Assembly (NCBI RefSeq): GCF_009914755.1
Contig: NC_060931.1
Strand: one strand, 5' to 3'
Origin: the human T2T-CHM13v2.0 reference genome, Homo sapiens
Length of the DNA: 64,000 bases
Position 1 is the first letter of the stretch. The number at the start of each line of letters is the position of its first letter. Positions 12,476 through 28,279 of the stretch are shown in pieces. The translations under genes were made by a program, and so were the position numbers. The notes below the pieces were generated by a model that saw only the letters and a program-made list of their open reading frames with translations, made no database searches and was not told the origin of the DNA.

Positions 12476-15318
12476 GCAAGAAAGGAAGGAGGAAAGGAAA
12501 ACTAGGGGCCAGAGCATTTTCTGGACCAGCATCTATTCCGGAAATGTGATGAAAGCCTTAGTTTATTCTTTATCTAAAAAGTTCTCTCCAGAAAATACTT
12601 GAGGAAAAGATTACAGCCACACAGAAGCTCTCCATTTAGTGCGACTTTGCATTTTGCTGATGTTTCTTGAGTTCTATGCCACTACTCTCTCTCCTCCCCC
12701 AGGACCAAAGGGCATATATTTTGCTTTCGATGACTTGTGCAGTTGTTGATTTCCAGCAAGCTTCTGACTGTAGTTTCACACTGATGATATAGGATTACCA
12801 TTTGATGGTAGAATAAAAGCAGTATGATGTATTGGAAAGAAGACTGGGTGAGGATTTGAAAGCTGTGGATTCTAGGCCCGTTGCTGATCCTAGGTATATT
12901 TTTGGTCTACTTCGATGACTGTATGTCTACCTCAGTGACTGTATTTGGTTATAAGGTTGTGTTACTGTTATAATAATTGCAGGTTTACTAATCAACCTGT
13001 CTATCCATTTCAAAGGGAAATTGTTATTTTGGTGTCAATTGCAGGGTATGATGGGGAAAGACTTTCTCTGTTCAATTTCAGTTTCTAAGAATACACTGTT
13101 GCTAAAAGTAGTGATAAACTTTATATACAAGGTGTGCATTTTAACCATCACAGCCATATTATACTGACTTACTTTCTAACTCTCCATCTTAGATGTAGTC
13201 AACATATTGATCATAGGTTTTAAAGTATCCAAGGACTTGCCCCTCTTTCTGGATAGGGAGATCTTCAACCTGTTGACCACATAATTAGATGAAATATATA
13301 TTCTCATGTAACAAACCTGACGCCAGTAGTGTTAGGCAGCTCCTAAGGGAGTCAGAAGCTGCTTCCAGCCTCGTAAATAATGAGCACATAACTAACAGAA
13401 CCTGATCTTCCCAGCAGAAATAAGTCAGCCTACTTCACAGTATGCAATATGGTCAATGAATCAGTGGTTGCTGAGTGAACTGCACTTCCCCCAGCTGGAG
13501 GAGAAACAAGCTTTTTTAGGAGCGATAGAGCATGCAATAGGATGTAGATGGGAAAGGAATCTGATGAATTGATTTTCACTGGAAAAGTCTCAGAGATTCT
13601 TCACCTGAGATTGCTTAATAGTCCTAAAGCTTTAAGCTGCTAATGAGTCTCTGTCCAACCCACTGGGGGCACTTACATGTTGCTAAGCACTGAGTAGGCT
13701 GAAACAAATCATGGAAAATCATGCTTCCATTTCCTGGAGCTGTGGGGGTGATGACCATAACACCTCAAGTTGCATCAAAGTGATAGAACTTAGACAACTG
13801 GCTGGAAATATGTGGAAGTAATTTGCTGCTATCACAAGTTCACATGTTAACATTATTTCACCCAATTTGTATTTTGTGGGTGACCACATGCATTTCATTT
13901 GAAATAATTAGGCAAATTCGTCATATAATTCATTTCCTGTTACTAGAGCTAGGTTGTCCTTCTATTTAAGATTTACAACTAGCCAGTACCTGAAGGCAAC
14001 ATGTGACTGAAATATTCTTAAGTTCCATGAAACAAACCTTTCCAGATTGAGATTTGCAGGTAGAGTTTCATGCTGCACGCAGCTGGGGGCTCTCTGGAAC
14101 CTGCTTGTCAAATAAACAGAGAACATTCATTCTCAGGCATGTGGTCCCAATAGCTTTCACAAGCATTAAACTCACTTAGAAAATAACTAGTAATCAAAAA
14201 AAGGCATTTAAACTCAACTCTCTGAAGCATGGAAGGAGATGTACATTACATCGATTGAATTGTCATTACAAATATCTACTTTAGTTGTAGACGTAATTAG
14301 GTTTTAGTGAAAGAAGACATTTATGTAGATTGGGGGGATGTGGAAGGTTTTAATCACTGGAATACCATTTTTATTACAGCTGGATATTAGGGACTGATAT
14401 TGAACAATGGATCCACTCTTTTCCACTGAGAATGGTGGAATCTTCACATTTTAGAACTAACAGGAAGCGGGCAACTGATCTCATTCAGCAGCTGCCTGTT
14501 TAGGCTACCCAACCCCTAGAAGTCTGAGAAATTGGTGATAGGGTTTACGAGTTATTTTTAGTGTATTTATGAATATGAATGCATGCATGATATGGCCACA
14601 AAACTATGAATCAATTTATTTATACTTAGGTTGGAGTTATATCAACTCAAAGTGTAGCATGTATTGTATGCTCCATAGAAATAGGGGCTGGATCTGCCTA
14701 ATTTAGTTCTGTGTCCATAGCGCTCATGAATAGGACTTCACACATGATAGGAACTTTAATATTTGTTGGTTGGATGGTTGAACAAATGAGTGGAAGAAGA
14801 ACTATTCAGAAGTTCTTTTGGCAGTTATAGAAACTTGGATTAATTTTCTTAAAGAAGAAATCCATTACTGTTTAATAAGCATAGTTTGGTTAGTAAAAAT
14901 ATTTCAAAACAAAATGTCCATGAGAGCAAATTAGTAATATAAGTTCTTGGTGTGAAAACGACTTTGCACACTTGTAAACTAGGTTCCCGAAAACTTAAGT
15001 GTCTTGCTCCAAGTTGAGCAGGGGGCGGTGATGGCAAAACCAGGATTAGAATCCAGAGCTATTGGCCCATGGTCTTCCCACCACAAACTATGTTATTGAA
15101 AATAGATCAGGTTCCTTTAGATGTTTAATAACCTTTATGAGTGAAAATGCTGCCTAATATTTGGAAATCAAACATTTATAGCTCTAAATAAAACTTACCT
15201 CTACAGTTACTTCTCACTTTTATTCTTATGTCTAAAGGGTGTGGAAACATCATTGAACATTGTTTTTCACACGCAGATGAGACTCTGTTGAAGGGAGTTT
15301 TGTGGTTTAGGGGTTTAG

Positions 15319-15579
15319 GGGGTTACAGGTACCTTTGAGAATCTGATGACAGCTGTGGACCATGGACAAACACGTGTATGCCCAGACCCAGCAGTTTTAC
15401 TCGTGGCATCGGGCAGTTCACAGACCCCATCATGAGGATCCTGATTTGGAGGCTCTGCCACCATTCTGTTTGGCCCTCTTTTGGTTTGGATGTTCCTTTC
15501 AGAATTGATGAGCTTTCACATTTGCTTCTACTCCGATTAAACAGCTCATATTGTTTCATCATTTAAAAATGCCTTAAAA
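15319..15579 (+). repeat. Copy A of a ~260-bp local direct duplication (5' part MER103C-like hAT remnant)
   Basis: About 88% identical by hand alignment to 16610-16869; ctttgagaatctgatgacagctgtggac...gttcacagacccc resembles MER103C. Confidence 0.9.
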
Positions 15580-15584
15580 TGAGA

Positions 15585-16006
<422 letters not shown>

Positions 16007-16609
16007 TCACTATGCTATGTTGAAGCCTTAAGTGGAGCTATTGTAAAATATGCATTTTTATCCCAAAATGGAAATGGCACTGTAAAAATGGAGACAATTT
16101 TAATGTTCTGAAAAAGTGTATAAAAATAGCATGCATTTATCGTTCTTCAAGAAAAGGTACCAAATAATAGAATAGTCAATGGCAGGTTGTCTATTCTAGG
16201 TGGATTTGGAGGCTCATTAGTATAGAGAGAACCAAATGGTGAGTCATCCTCCCAGGCTGCTCTCCTTACCTTCAGAACATCAGCAAGACCCTAGTGAGGA
16301 AAGGAAGATGCACGTGGACAATCACCTTGGCTTTTTTTTGCCATTCTCCTGGTAACCCCGCCCATTTTCGTTACCTGTGAAAATAAGCCAATTACTAGAA
16401 AAGCAAGCTCAATGTATCCAATTAGCAAATTAAGACATTTAGTAAAAATGAAGCCTCAGAATCTTGAAAGGGCAGAGTGAACAGGGAGCACTTTCAACTC
16501 CTTTTATCTTCATCAATACTTTTAATTCTGGTGATTTGAAGAGATATTAATAGAGGCAATAGTACTCTGTTAATCTTGACTATATTAATACGAGATTAGG
16601 GAAGTTTGG

Positions 16610-17184
<575 letters not shown>

Positions 17185-18103
17185 ATGCCCTAAAACAGCT
17201 GGATAAAGTTTATCTTGACTGTATTTATCAGGTACCTCACATAACTTTTGAACTGTGGGTCTCAAATATACAACTCCAAGAGGACTTTCAGCCTTACATT
17301 ACCCTTCTAAGAACAATAAAAATGTCCCCCTTACATTTGCTAGGTCTTTCCCTCCATATGCAGTCCTGATACAGTGAGAACTGATTGAAGAGGTAGGTTC
17401 AAGGACCTTGAGCTTCTCCTCATATGTCTAGTTCATTTTTTTGCTACTAAGTGGTTTGGGCTTTTTTGGTACCCTTTCCAGTTACTATAATCAGCTTTGA
17501 ATCCTCTGTGATGCTTCTCGTGTTCTTTATCCCTAGTTGGAGAAATAACTCTTTGAAGATACTTTTTCATGTACATTCGGGAGACATCAGTAATTTGGGT
17601 GATATTTTCATCTTTACGGTCTCGATGAGTCATAGAGTAAGTGTCTCTCTCCTGGTTTAAGTGGTGAATTCCTTCAGAAAGCCACTGGCCGACTAGCCCC
17701 TTGGTGACTGTCCCAGTAACATGGAGGCTACCTGGCCTCCTTAGTGAGCCCAGGAGAAGAACCTTATTCTTCTATTTGGAGTTCTTACTTTATTTTCAGC
17801 ATTTGCGAAATCTCAAAATTAAGTTACCTGTTTTCCTGATTTTGAACTTTAGTTACTAGGCTATTCCATCTTTTCTCTTAGCACCTAAGAGGCACTACCC
17901 TCAGTTCAATTTATTCAGGTTTCAATTTCTTCAGCCCAGATGTTCCTTCTGTCATTACATTAGTTCCCTTGGAAGCTATCCAGGCTGCTGAAAATAGCTT
18001 GAGTGTGTCACAACCCACTGGCACTTACCACTTTCTCTTCAGTAGCAGAACTCTTGCCCTATTGAGTGAGCATCTCCCAATCAAATCACAATGGATAGTT
18101 GTC

Positions 18104-18307
18104 TTTTTTTTTTTTAATTATACTTTAAGTTTTAGGGTACATGTGCACAAAGTGCAGGTTTGTTACATATGTATGCATGTGCCATATTGGTGTGCTGCAC
18201 CCATTAACTCTTCATTAAACATTAGGTATATCTCCTAATGCTATCCCTCCCCCTTCCCCCCACCCCACAACAGGCCCCGGTGTGTGATGTTCCCCTTCCT
18301 GTGTCCA
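18104..18307 (-). mobile_element. 5'-truncated young L1PA 3' UTR (about 200 bp)
   Basis: ttattatactttaagttttagggtacatgtgcac-type L1PA end; 17-bp TSD cacaatggatagtt(g/t)tc at 18087-18103 and 18308-18324. Confidence 0.95.
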
Positions 18308-19786
18308 CACAATGGATAGTTTTCAAAGCAACTACCCATTATGCATGTGTTCTTAAATGGTACGTTGAAGAGACTATACAAAGAACTTTTTTTAAAAAAT
18401 CAAGTATTACGCAGCCAGCTCATATATAACCATTGTTGAAGAGAACTATTACCCTCAATAAATAAGAAATGATGACACTTGGAAAAGAGAGAACAATAGT
18501 TAATGGGTCTGCTTTTCCCTCTAACCACAACCATGAAAATATAATCCTCATTAAAGGGCTATAAAGTTGTCTGCTTTCAAGGTTCAGCACACTAATGTCT
18601 CCTTGCTTTTAGTGCTGTTTTAGTATGTTGACCCTCTGTTCCCTGCAGCTGGGAGTTTATTAGTCTTTGTGGCCTTTGGGAATGAATATTCATAATGAGA
18701 TAGCAGTGATGTTTCAGATCCTTTTTAAGGCCCCAAGAGTATTACTCTGAGCAACTAGGAAAACTGAGAAAAAGGCAAATCATGCCAGCATCCCATACTG
18801 AATCATGGAACACGGGGCTGTATGCAAAGGACCTGGTGAGGAAACTGAAGCCTAGGGCTACCCAGTTATGAATAGCACAGCCAGGCCAGAATCCAGGTCT
18901 TTCAATTCACAGTCCAGATTCTTTCTGTGACATCATATTATCTCTATATGAATTTGCCTTTTCCATTCCTGAGGTTCTAACCCATGAAAAAGATAAAACG
19001 CCAAGTATCTAAAATTAGAATTTGACCATGATGGTGGAACTTATGTGACAAAGTTATTCAGGGAGGGCAGAGGAGTAGAAAAGCATCTCTATCAACCGTG
19101 TAGTTTCTTAGAAGTAAACTCTAGTTATATTTGGGGGTATTAATTTCACCAACTATATCACATTTTTCTTTTTAAAAATTACCATTATTATTCACGTTTT
19201 AAAAACATCCTTAAGCTTATTCAGAGAGTCTATGAAACACCTGCTAAATCATATTTACTCTTCTTAGAACAATAAAAATTGATCACTATGGTAGATACAG
19301 TTGAGAATAAGGAAGATGTATGATGATGCTTCCTTTTATTTATTTTTTCCTAATTGTATTATAAACATCTTATGAAATCAAGGTAATTTCATTAAAATTC
19401 TTATGATTGGGTCTTAATTTCCTATAGACATTCAAGCCTTAAAAGTTTTCAGTTAAATTCTACATAACTTTCTCCATAGGCAACTTCTTTTAGTCAATGT
19501 GGTACTTCTTTAAATTCTTAATAAGCTCAGATCAGATGAAAGAACTGTTTTTCTATCCCAAGGTGACATCATTTGGATCCCAGACTGAGGTTGCCTTTTT
19601 CCTTGAGTGAATACCAATCTGATATACAGGTTGTGGGGGAAAGGCTCTGGTGGAAATAGGGCCAGAGAACCACTCCTCCTGATCAAGGCTGCCCAGAAAG
19701 ATTCCTCAGTTCAGAAGGATGAACTGGATAGCTTTGCCTATTACAGGTATGGCATTGATGTAATATTGAGTTAACAATATTATTTT

Positions 19787-20095
<309 letters not shown>

Positions 20096-21087
20096 CTATG
20101 TCTTTGGGTTTATTTAGAAGACACCTGACTTCATCGAAGGCTCCTTCCCCAGTTACGTGCCTGGGAAGCTAATTATTCAGTCGGAGGGTAATGAAAGACG
20201 CTGCCATCTGTCTGCCGACTTAATGGAGTGTCAGCATATCCCAAATAGGAAGTAATTGGATTGACAGACACAAAGCCAGTTATTAGACTGTTATTATCTG
20301 ATTGGAAAAAAGCAGCCAGAGAAGCATACAGCTATAGCAAAAACTAATCTGATGATGTCTGTTGTTCTGGGAATGCAGAAACCACCACACAGAATGCATG
20401 GGCTTTGAAATCCCTGACCGGCTTAGGAACGTTTGGAGTTCCTTCTCAGAATTCATCTCTGTATTCTTATTACAAATCATTATAATGCAATAGAATAAAA
20501 CACAGTTTGCATAAAGATGGGGCCCATTTATAAAACTGTCACCACAGCCACTCTATTAATAGAGCCATTTTAAAGATTTATTGTGAGCATATGTTACTTT
20601 TTACAGGGGGCCAGATTGAGAGCTGCAGGATTTGAACGTGGAAGAGTGTGCTACTGATGATAATTCAAAAAAAAATTAAAGCGATTCTGCCCAAGTAGTA
20701 TCATTAGACTGGTACTCTTCCCTTTTCAGGTGTGATTATCAAAGATCAATCTTAATGAGGCATTAAGGACAGGTGACAAGGTCTAGAGCAGTGCTACATA
20801 ACTACTTTTTTAAATTCACAGATTCTAGTTTTATTTCCTGGGACCGCTAGAGGTCAGGGAACACAATGCATGGGCTAAATATAAGGGTTTGGAAGCAGAA
20901 CTGGGTTATGAGCTTTATTGTCCTTTGGAAAACGGTGGCTGCATGTGTCTGGTGGGGAAGAAGTAGTAAAGACATCATCTCTATTCATTCACTATTGATT
21001 CAGTGAGAGTCACAGCCCTCCTCCATAGGATTCCTGAAGTCTCTAGTCCCTGGAGTTTATGCAAAGAGCTAGACAGTTCCACAAGCT

Positions 21088-21415
21088 TACATTTATTCAG
21101 CAAGTTCCTAAATAGCACTTGCAATGTGCTAGGCACTTTCCTAGGTTCTAGGTATACAGCTATGAAGCCGTCTAAGACCCTGCCCTCGTGGGGCCTGCTT
21201 TCCAGTAAGGCAAATGAAAAGTAAACAAAGTCAATGCTTGTGGTATCAGATTATAAGTGCTGTAAAGAAAAAAAGAGGCAGTGAAGGGAGATGGAGAATG
21301 ATCTTAAGAAGGTGATGTATGTGCTGGCACCCTACTGAAGTCAGCAAGTGAGTTGTGTAACTGTCTGGAGGAAGAGCAGCCCAGGCAGAGGGACCAGGAC
21401 TTTCAGAGGCCCAAG
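21088..21415 (-). mobile_element. L2 LINE 3' fragment
   Basis: catttattcagcaag...tgtgctaggcact...ctaggttctaggtatacagc...cctgccctcgtgggg. Confidence 0.75.
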
Positions 21416-21744
21416 CAAATTATGAGTATTTTTGCCAGTCCTACCACCAAGAAACCAGCTGCTTTCAGATTCCTTTGCCTGATAATATTAGAGTTAGTCC
21501 TCAACATTTCTTATTTGTAAGTTAGGGAATACTGAAAATATGCATGCAAAGGTACTGTAATCTATAAAGAATACATAAACATAGGATATTGTGAGTAAGC
21601 TCCAAATAAGCTTTAGAGATCTCCATCATTATAATCTGAGTCATTTAAAAGCTTTGAGGGAATTCCCACTTAAAGAGACCAAGTCTGTGGTGATATCACT
21701 TTTATCACACAAACCTTTATCAGTAATTACTAACAAGGAATTAC

Positions 21745-21995
21745 TTGTTAGTAATATTACCTGCCACATAATGAGTGCTACCATATTTCAGACACTGTTT
21801 ATAGACACGAGGTGAATTTAAGATACTACTGCAATACATACATCACTGCCAACCTTATAATAACCCTGCAAGGCAGATATTATTTCCTCATTTTACAGAT
21901 TAGGAGCCTGAGTGGTCAGAAAAGTGCCACAGTTAAATATCTGGGAAAGCTGAAATTCCAACCCAGGCCTGTCTGACCTCAGACCCTGTGGCCTC
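21745..21995 (-). mobile_element. MIR SINE
   Basis: aaccctgcaaggcagatattatttcctcattttacagat...aaattccaacccaggcctgtctgacc. Confidence 0.75.
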
Positions 21996-23287
21996 TCCTG
22001 TATATTATGTTGCTCAAAAGATCATACCATTGAGTTCTTAATATGAGTGGCACACTGTGTTAGGAACCATGAGAAAGACAAAATAAAATAAAATAAAATA
22101 AAAGCACAATCCCTCTACTCAGAGACATGAAAATATAGTTGGGGAGAGATAATTTTATGAGAAATAACAGAGGACAGTAAAAGATGAGGTATAAACACAT
22201 CATTGTGTTCCTTGGACTATGAAAGCTAAGGAACAGAGAGAGATTAATGTAGACTACAGACAATAAGGCTGAAGCTGCGATTTTGAGAGACAGGTAAAAT
22301 TCAGGTGATCTCTGTCATAGAGTTCCAGTCATATATTGATGTTAGAATCTACTCCTGTACCTAGGGTGAAAATCAGATATCATCATGATTACCTATGAAA
22401 ATTGCTTAGCAAGTTAGAGATGAACTACTGTCTCTCAACATGGTAAATATAACCCAGCTACATTTTCCTCCAATTTTATACCCCTTTGGTTAAACTCCAA
22501 AAGAGGTATTCCCCCTGTGAATAATTATGTCACATAAAAAGTACACATTTTAAGTACTAGATCACACAGTCACACTCAGAATGACTAGAGTCTGATACCA
22601 TGAAAGACATCCAGGAGCTGAGTCTGACTGAGGGGCCTGGATTGGTGCCTCCCTGTCCTGCATACTGTGGGACACATTCTCATCGAGTGGAATGGCAGGC
22701 CAAATACCTTGATGTGTTTGCATTGCCCCTGTCCCTCTCAGCCCATACACCGCTGATTTCATGTATATTAAATATGGGTATTCTAAAACCTCACTGAAGT
22801 GGAGTATGTTCTAAATAAGCAGAAAAACATAAGCAAAAGGACAAGGACAGAAATAATTTTGGATTCTCATGAAATCATCAAATGGCCATTATGCAGAGAT
22901 ATGGGAATGTAACGCAGCCTGATCCTAAGAGGACCATGAAAACCAGAGGGAAAATTAAAGATTCATGAGATGGAAGTAAAAGCCATTGAAAGTTTTTGAG
23001 AAATGAAATATACTGTGAAAGTTTGATGCAGATTAGTCTAGTGGTGAAATATAGGGTGGGTAGTGAAGTAGGAATGGAAAAGACCAGACCAGAGACAGTT
23101 ATAATCCAGAAGAAGGTATGGACTAGAGTTAGATCATTTCTAGAGATGGGACTTGTTTGGAGATTACTTTTCACCTTACTTAATCTCATTAATGTGATTT
23201 AAAGGAAATAATGCACACTCAAAGGAGCAGGTTAAATACCAAGAACTTAGTGAGTCAGGTAGCTGTAGCTTTATAGAAGGCACTTTT

Positions 23288-23344
23288 TCATCCATCCTTT
23301 CATCCATCCATCCATCCATCCATCCACCCACCCACCCACCCATC
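23288..23344. repeat. (CATC)n/(CACC)n tetranucleotide repeat
   Basis: Direct read. Confidence 0.9.
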
Positions 23345-25404
23345 ATATTTTCTTTCCTCCCTCTCTACATTTATACTTACAGTCAAACATATCACTTCCC
23401 CAGATGAGAGTCTCAGCTTAGCACTCTAAAATGCTGGTGGCATTAAGTTAGGTAATGAATGTGAAAGTGACTAAAAAATTCTGAAAACAAATTTGAAATG
23501 TTATTATCCAGTTGTCATTCCTTTGGATTCTCTTAAAGTCACATTTAAAGTAGGTAGATTTATATATTACTTGTACTTTTGAAAATAAATATATCCTTCA
23601 ATCATTCTAATAGTTTTTAACTATTCTGATTCCTTCTGTGTTTTTATGATATCGTCTTCTTCTAGAGAATTAGTTGACCAAAAATAAAGGGAGTCGTTCT
23701 ATTTCTTAAGACCTAAAATAATCACTTTGGTTCATTTATGATGCTCTGAATGAAAAATTCACAACTTTAGGAATAAAAGTTTTCCAGTTTTGTTTTAATA
23801 ACATTCCTTTTTTTGTCCTCATAAAGTAGTATTAAGTAATATCACATTATTAAGTAATATTTCTGCACTGAATTTTCAGTCCTCTGATGATAGGATTTTC
23901 TTTCTTTTGTTTCAAAAGTTGAAGCAATCTTAGGAACAATAGTCAAAAAGAATTCATTTAGGGAAACATTTCACAAAGATCCCCTGGTCATTGCTTTCAA
24001 AGTTTAGATGACCCAAGTAACAGACAGTGTTGACGTCTAGTCATAACTTCAGTGTGGGTAGGCAGGCATCTTCTGTTCTCCAATAACGATACTATAAAGT
24101 GTCAAGCATACATAAATTCTCAAATCTGAGCATGAGATACAAAATTTTTAAGATAATCTCATGCTTTTGTTCCATTCCAATGTTTTAACTTACATAAATT
24201 ATCTTAGGGAATACAGTGGCTCAAGCTTGTGGTTGAAGTTGATCAAGCCCTTCTTTTGATGAGTAAATGAATAAAGGGATACCCATGTCTGCTCAGAACC
24301 ATCTTTGGTCCGACCTTATGAATAGCACAGATATGTCCTCTATAATCGTGGCCTAAAGAAATAAGAAAAAAATTGTTAGTATCTCATTCTGTCACCTCCA
24401 CTGAGATGCCTATTACAGGATAATGAATTATATATTATCGGGAAACGAGCCATGTAGTCTAAGGGTAGGCAAAACATCTACAACCCTCAACTTTTAATTC
24501 ATTTTCTCTCACTAATGGTCTCTTTTTATTCAGCATGCTATTGAGGATTTTCCTGATACCATGACAGAAGGAATGAAATCTACCTTCAATTATTTATGGT
24601 TTAAATGAATGCAAATAAGACTTTCTGGCTTGCTGTGCTGATACTCATTAATAAATATTTCACTGGGTATTAGGAAGATTCAGATTGACTAAATGAGGCT
24701 CTTCTTCAATATAAATGAAAGCCCTTGTGTTTTTCGCTACTGTGCAGGCCTAATTCTCGTGTCTGGCCTTCATTAAGGCAAATGAATGTTAGATGGGTGC
24801 ATCAACACAGGGATGGATCCTGTGGGAACCTGAGTTGGCGGGGGGCTCTGCAGTGAAATAATCCTCTAGTTAAACCAAATTTAATCTCATTAGCAGGGTA
24901 ATTGTGCTGTTAGGGGAAATGGCCAACCAGGTTACAGAGAAACCCACATAGTCTAATTATTCTTCGACTTCTGTCATTGGAGAACTCAGAGGCAAAAGAT
25001 GCTCAGCCTACTATCGTGGTTAAGTCTTAGAAAAATCTCAGACCTTTCACAGTTGCCAGAACCTGTGTATGGCATTGATCATGTCCTACCCATTCTGGGA
25101 TCCTTTCCTGTATAAATTAACACACCAATAATACAAGCTCCTGTCATGTTGCTCCTTTTTATATGTGCATTTTGCCCACCCACTTTTCCAACAAGGTTGG
25201 ACTTTGCTAGTGTTTTAAAACTGTTCAGGATATAGTATTGCATCAGAAAGTTCTAAAACTACCAAAATATATAAAACTTAGTTATAAAAAATAAGCCTTT
25301 CCATATTTCTGCTCCTTGGGAAATTTTCTAGAATCTTTGAACCTGTGGACCATGTATTTTACATTCCTCTGGATTTACAGGCATTGTGGGCTTTGCCATT
25401 TTTA

Positions 25405-25640
25405 GGATGTGGTATAGAAGAAAGCATGGTGGACTAATTAGGAACCAGATCTGGCTTCAAGATACAGTCTGAAAGCTTGAGAATAGTGTGACCTTCAGCA
25501 AATTACTTACCTTTTCTGAACTGTAATTTCCTCACATGTAAAATGGAAATAATTATCACTGTCAAAACAGCCCCCAAAGCAGAATGAGGTTCAAGTATGT
25601 GAAAGTCTTTTGTAAGTGCTAACATGCACTATAGATATGA
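25405..25640 (+). mobile_element. MIR SINE
   Basis: gtggtatagaagaaagcatgg...gtgaccttcagcaaattactt...tttcctcacatgtaaaatgg. Confidence 0.7.
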
Positions 25641-25764
25641 ACAATAATCATGCATCCACTTGACTTATAAGACTTGGCATTCCTAGCTTCTAGGGCACAG
25701 CTTACATATGGTCAGTAAATGTTAATTGAATTAATTGCTTAGATATTTGGTAGGCTTACTGTCA

Positions 25765-26343
<579 letters not shown>

Positions 26344-28279
26344 TTATCATGCCTGTTGCCATAATTTTTTATTGTCAGCCTTATGACAATGAGCAATTTT
26401 ATGAATACTATCATATTTAAAATAAACTGTGTTAGAACTGGCTGCCAACATGATGGCTGGAAATTTTTTCGCAAGTTTTATCTGAGCCAGAGTAGTTTTC
26501 TGAAATAATTTTTTCCATTAAGATGTATTTTGTATTTGTGTTATGATAAAGCATGTATTTCTTGAATTTTTCCATTACTTTGAAAACAGGAAACATTTCT
26601 CAGATGAAACCAGGGCTTATACTGGAGTTTTGTTGTTTTATTTTTTTAAATGTACAAACCATTTCTACAGGCTTTTTCTGTCTCTTGCTTGCATATTCAG
26701 CTGAGTATAACATACTGGGCAGAGTCACCTGATTGCAGACATTGACTCTTGCTTGGACAGCTGTTTTATCTTCTGTGAGTTTTAGGAATTTGTCATCAAC
26801 ATAATCCAAAAGAATATCAGTTCTGCAGGAACTGATAATATTGTAATCGAAATTCTTCTACAGAGTCTAGTTTTTCTTAGAAAATGATGCATATTCTATC
26901 ATTTTAATGTCTATACAACTGATAGATATTCACTTGCAAGTAATCAGTTAGACAGGAAGACACCTTTTCTTTATTATCCTGTGTACAAATGTAATAATCT
27001 ATACTTTTCTATATCTCAGATTTGTGAGCAGAATTTTTAACTCTGATTTAGCCTTACAGGGGATATGAAAACATAAATAAAATAGAAAGGTGGAAATACT
27101 AAAAGTCTTTAATTCCTATGTAATAAGTGGACCTATTTATGAAATTAACTATAAAGAATTTAACACAGATGCCTCTTGAAGGAACAAAGAACTGTAAGAA
27201 TGGAATGGTAGCTCAGATGGCTTAAAATATTTAGTTTGGTTTACTGTTAGTTCACTTTTGATGTGAATTTGATGTTACTCCAACCCATTTTGTTATGTCG
27301 AAATACTGATAATGTGATATATCAATAGATGACCCAAAGTGAGACTCTAAAAGGCAATACTGTCTTCCAAGTAGGAAAGGGCTCCAGAGGAGGTAACTTT
27401 GAGAACTTTGAACCACTGTAGAAAAATAACTTTGTGAATACCGTTGCAAGATAATTGTAGATACTGTTCAGGCAAAGTGTAGATGTGTGAACAGAGAAAG
27501 ATACCAACAGTGATATGAGATTATCCTGGCTTACCTGAATTAATGATCAAGTGTGTGAATACAGGAAAACAAAAATAGAAAAGTTTAAGGGACAAGACTA
27601 ATATCATAACTGTCTTTGCCTGTCTGTGACTCATATCATTAGTGGCTACTTTTTTCTTAGGGCACTGTGCATTCAGAACACTTTGCCAGTTAATCAAGTG
27701 ATAGTAAACTTAAGAGTGTGATAAGAAATAATCATAAACTAAGTTCAGCAATAAGGGTGGTTGCCAGATAGGCCCATTAGAGATCATTCAAACTGAGTTT
27801 TCCAAAGTATTCATATATTAAATGTAATGAAATCCATCCTGTTGAAAAAGAGTGGAATAACCATGGAGCCAGTTTGTTTCTTCCAGACAATATATACTAT
27901 AATTTTATTTCAGCAGGTACATAAGCCAGTCACATTTTTGACATATGAAATACTTCCAGTCTTTGACTTCTGTTATTCATACCTGAGTAATGTTCAGCTT
28001 AGGCCAGCTTCACTAAATTACACGTTTGAGAAAAGGACTAGGTTTTGATTTGCTGATAGTTTGCCTTAAAAATTCCTCATTGATATGTTTAACATAGTAC
28101 ATGCATCCTTAACTTCACAACTTTCTTTTTTTCCTTTCACCGTCTTTCTTCCTTATCTTGCTTAGCCAGCCGTATTTCTTTCCTAAAACATAGCCTTAAA
28201 ATAATCTGTATATTGTATCCGCTTTAAGAAGGACTAGCCTTTAAAGACCAGCCTAAACAAGCTGTAAAAATAACTTAAT

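Noticed and set aside
15340-15448. Possible C/D-box snoRNA (tgatga...ctga, about 100 nt), duplicated at 16.6 kb
   Set aside because: The tgatga is part of the MER103C-like sequence, copy B has ttga at the D-box position, and there is no convincing terminal stem
20712-20735. AG|GT juxtaposition tcttcccttttcag|gtgtga as a recursive site
   Set aside because: The reconstituted donor is weak; much poorer than the site at 42721
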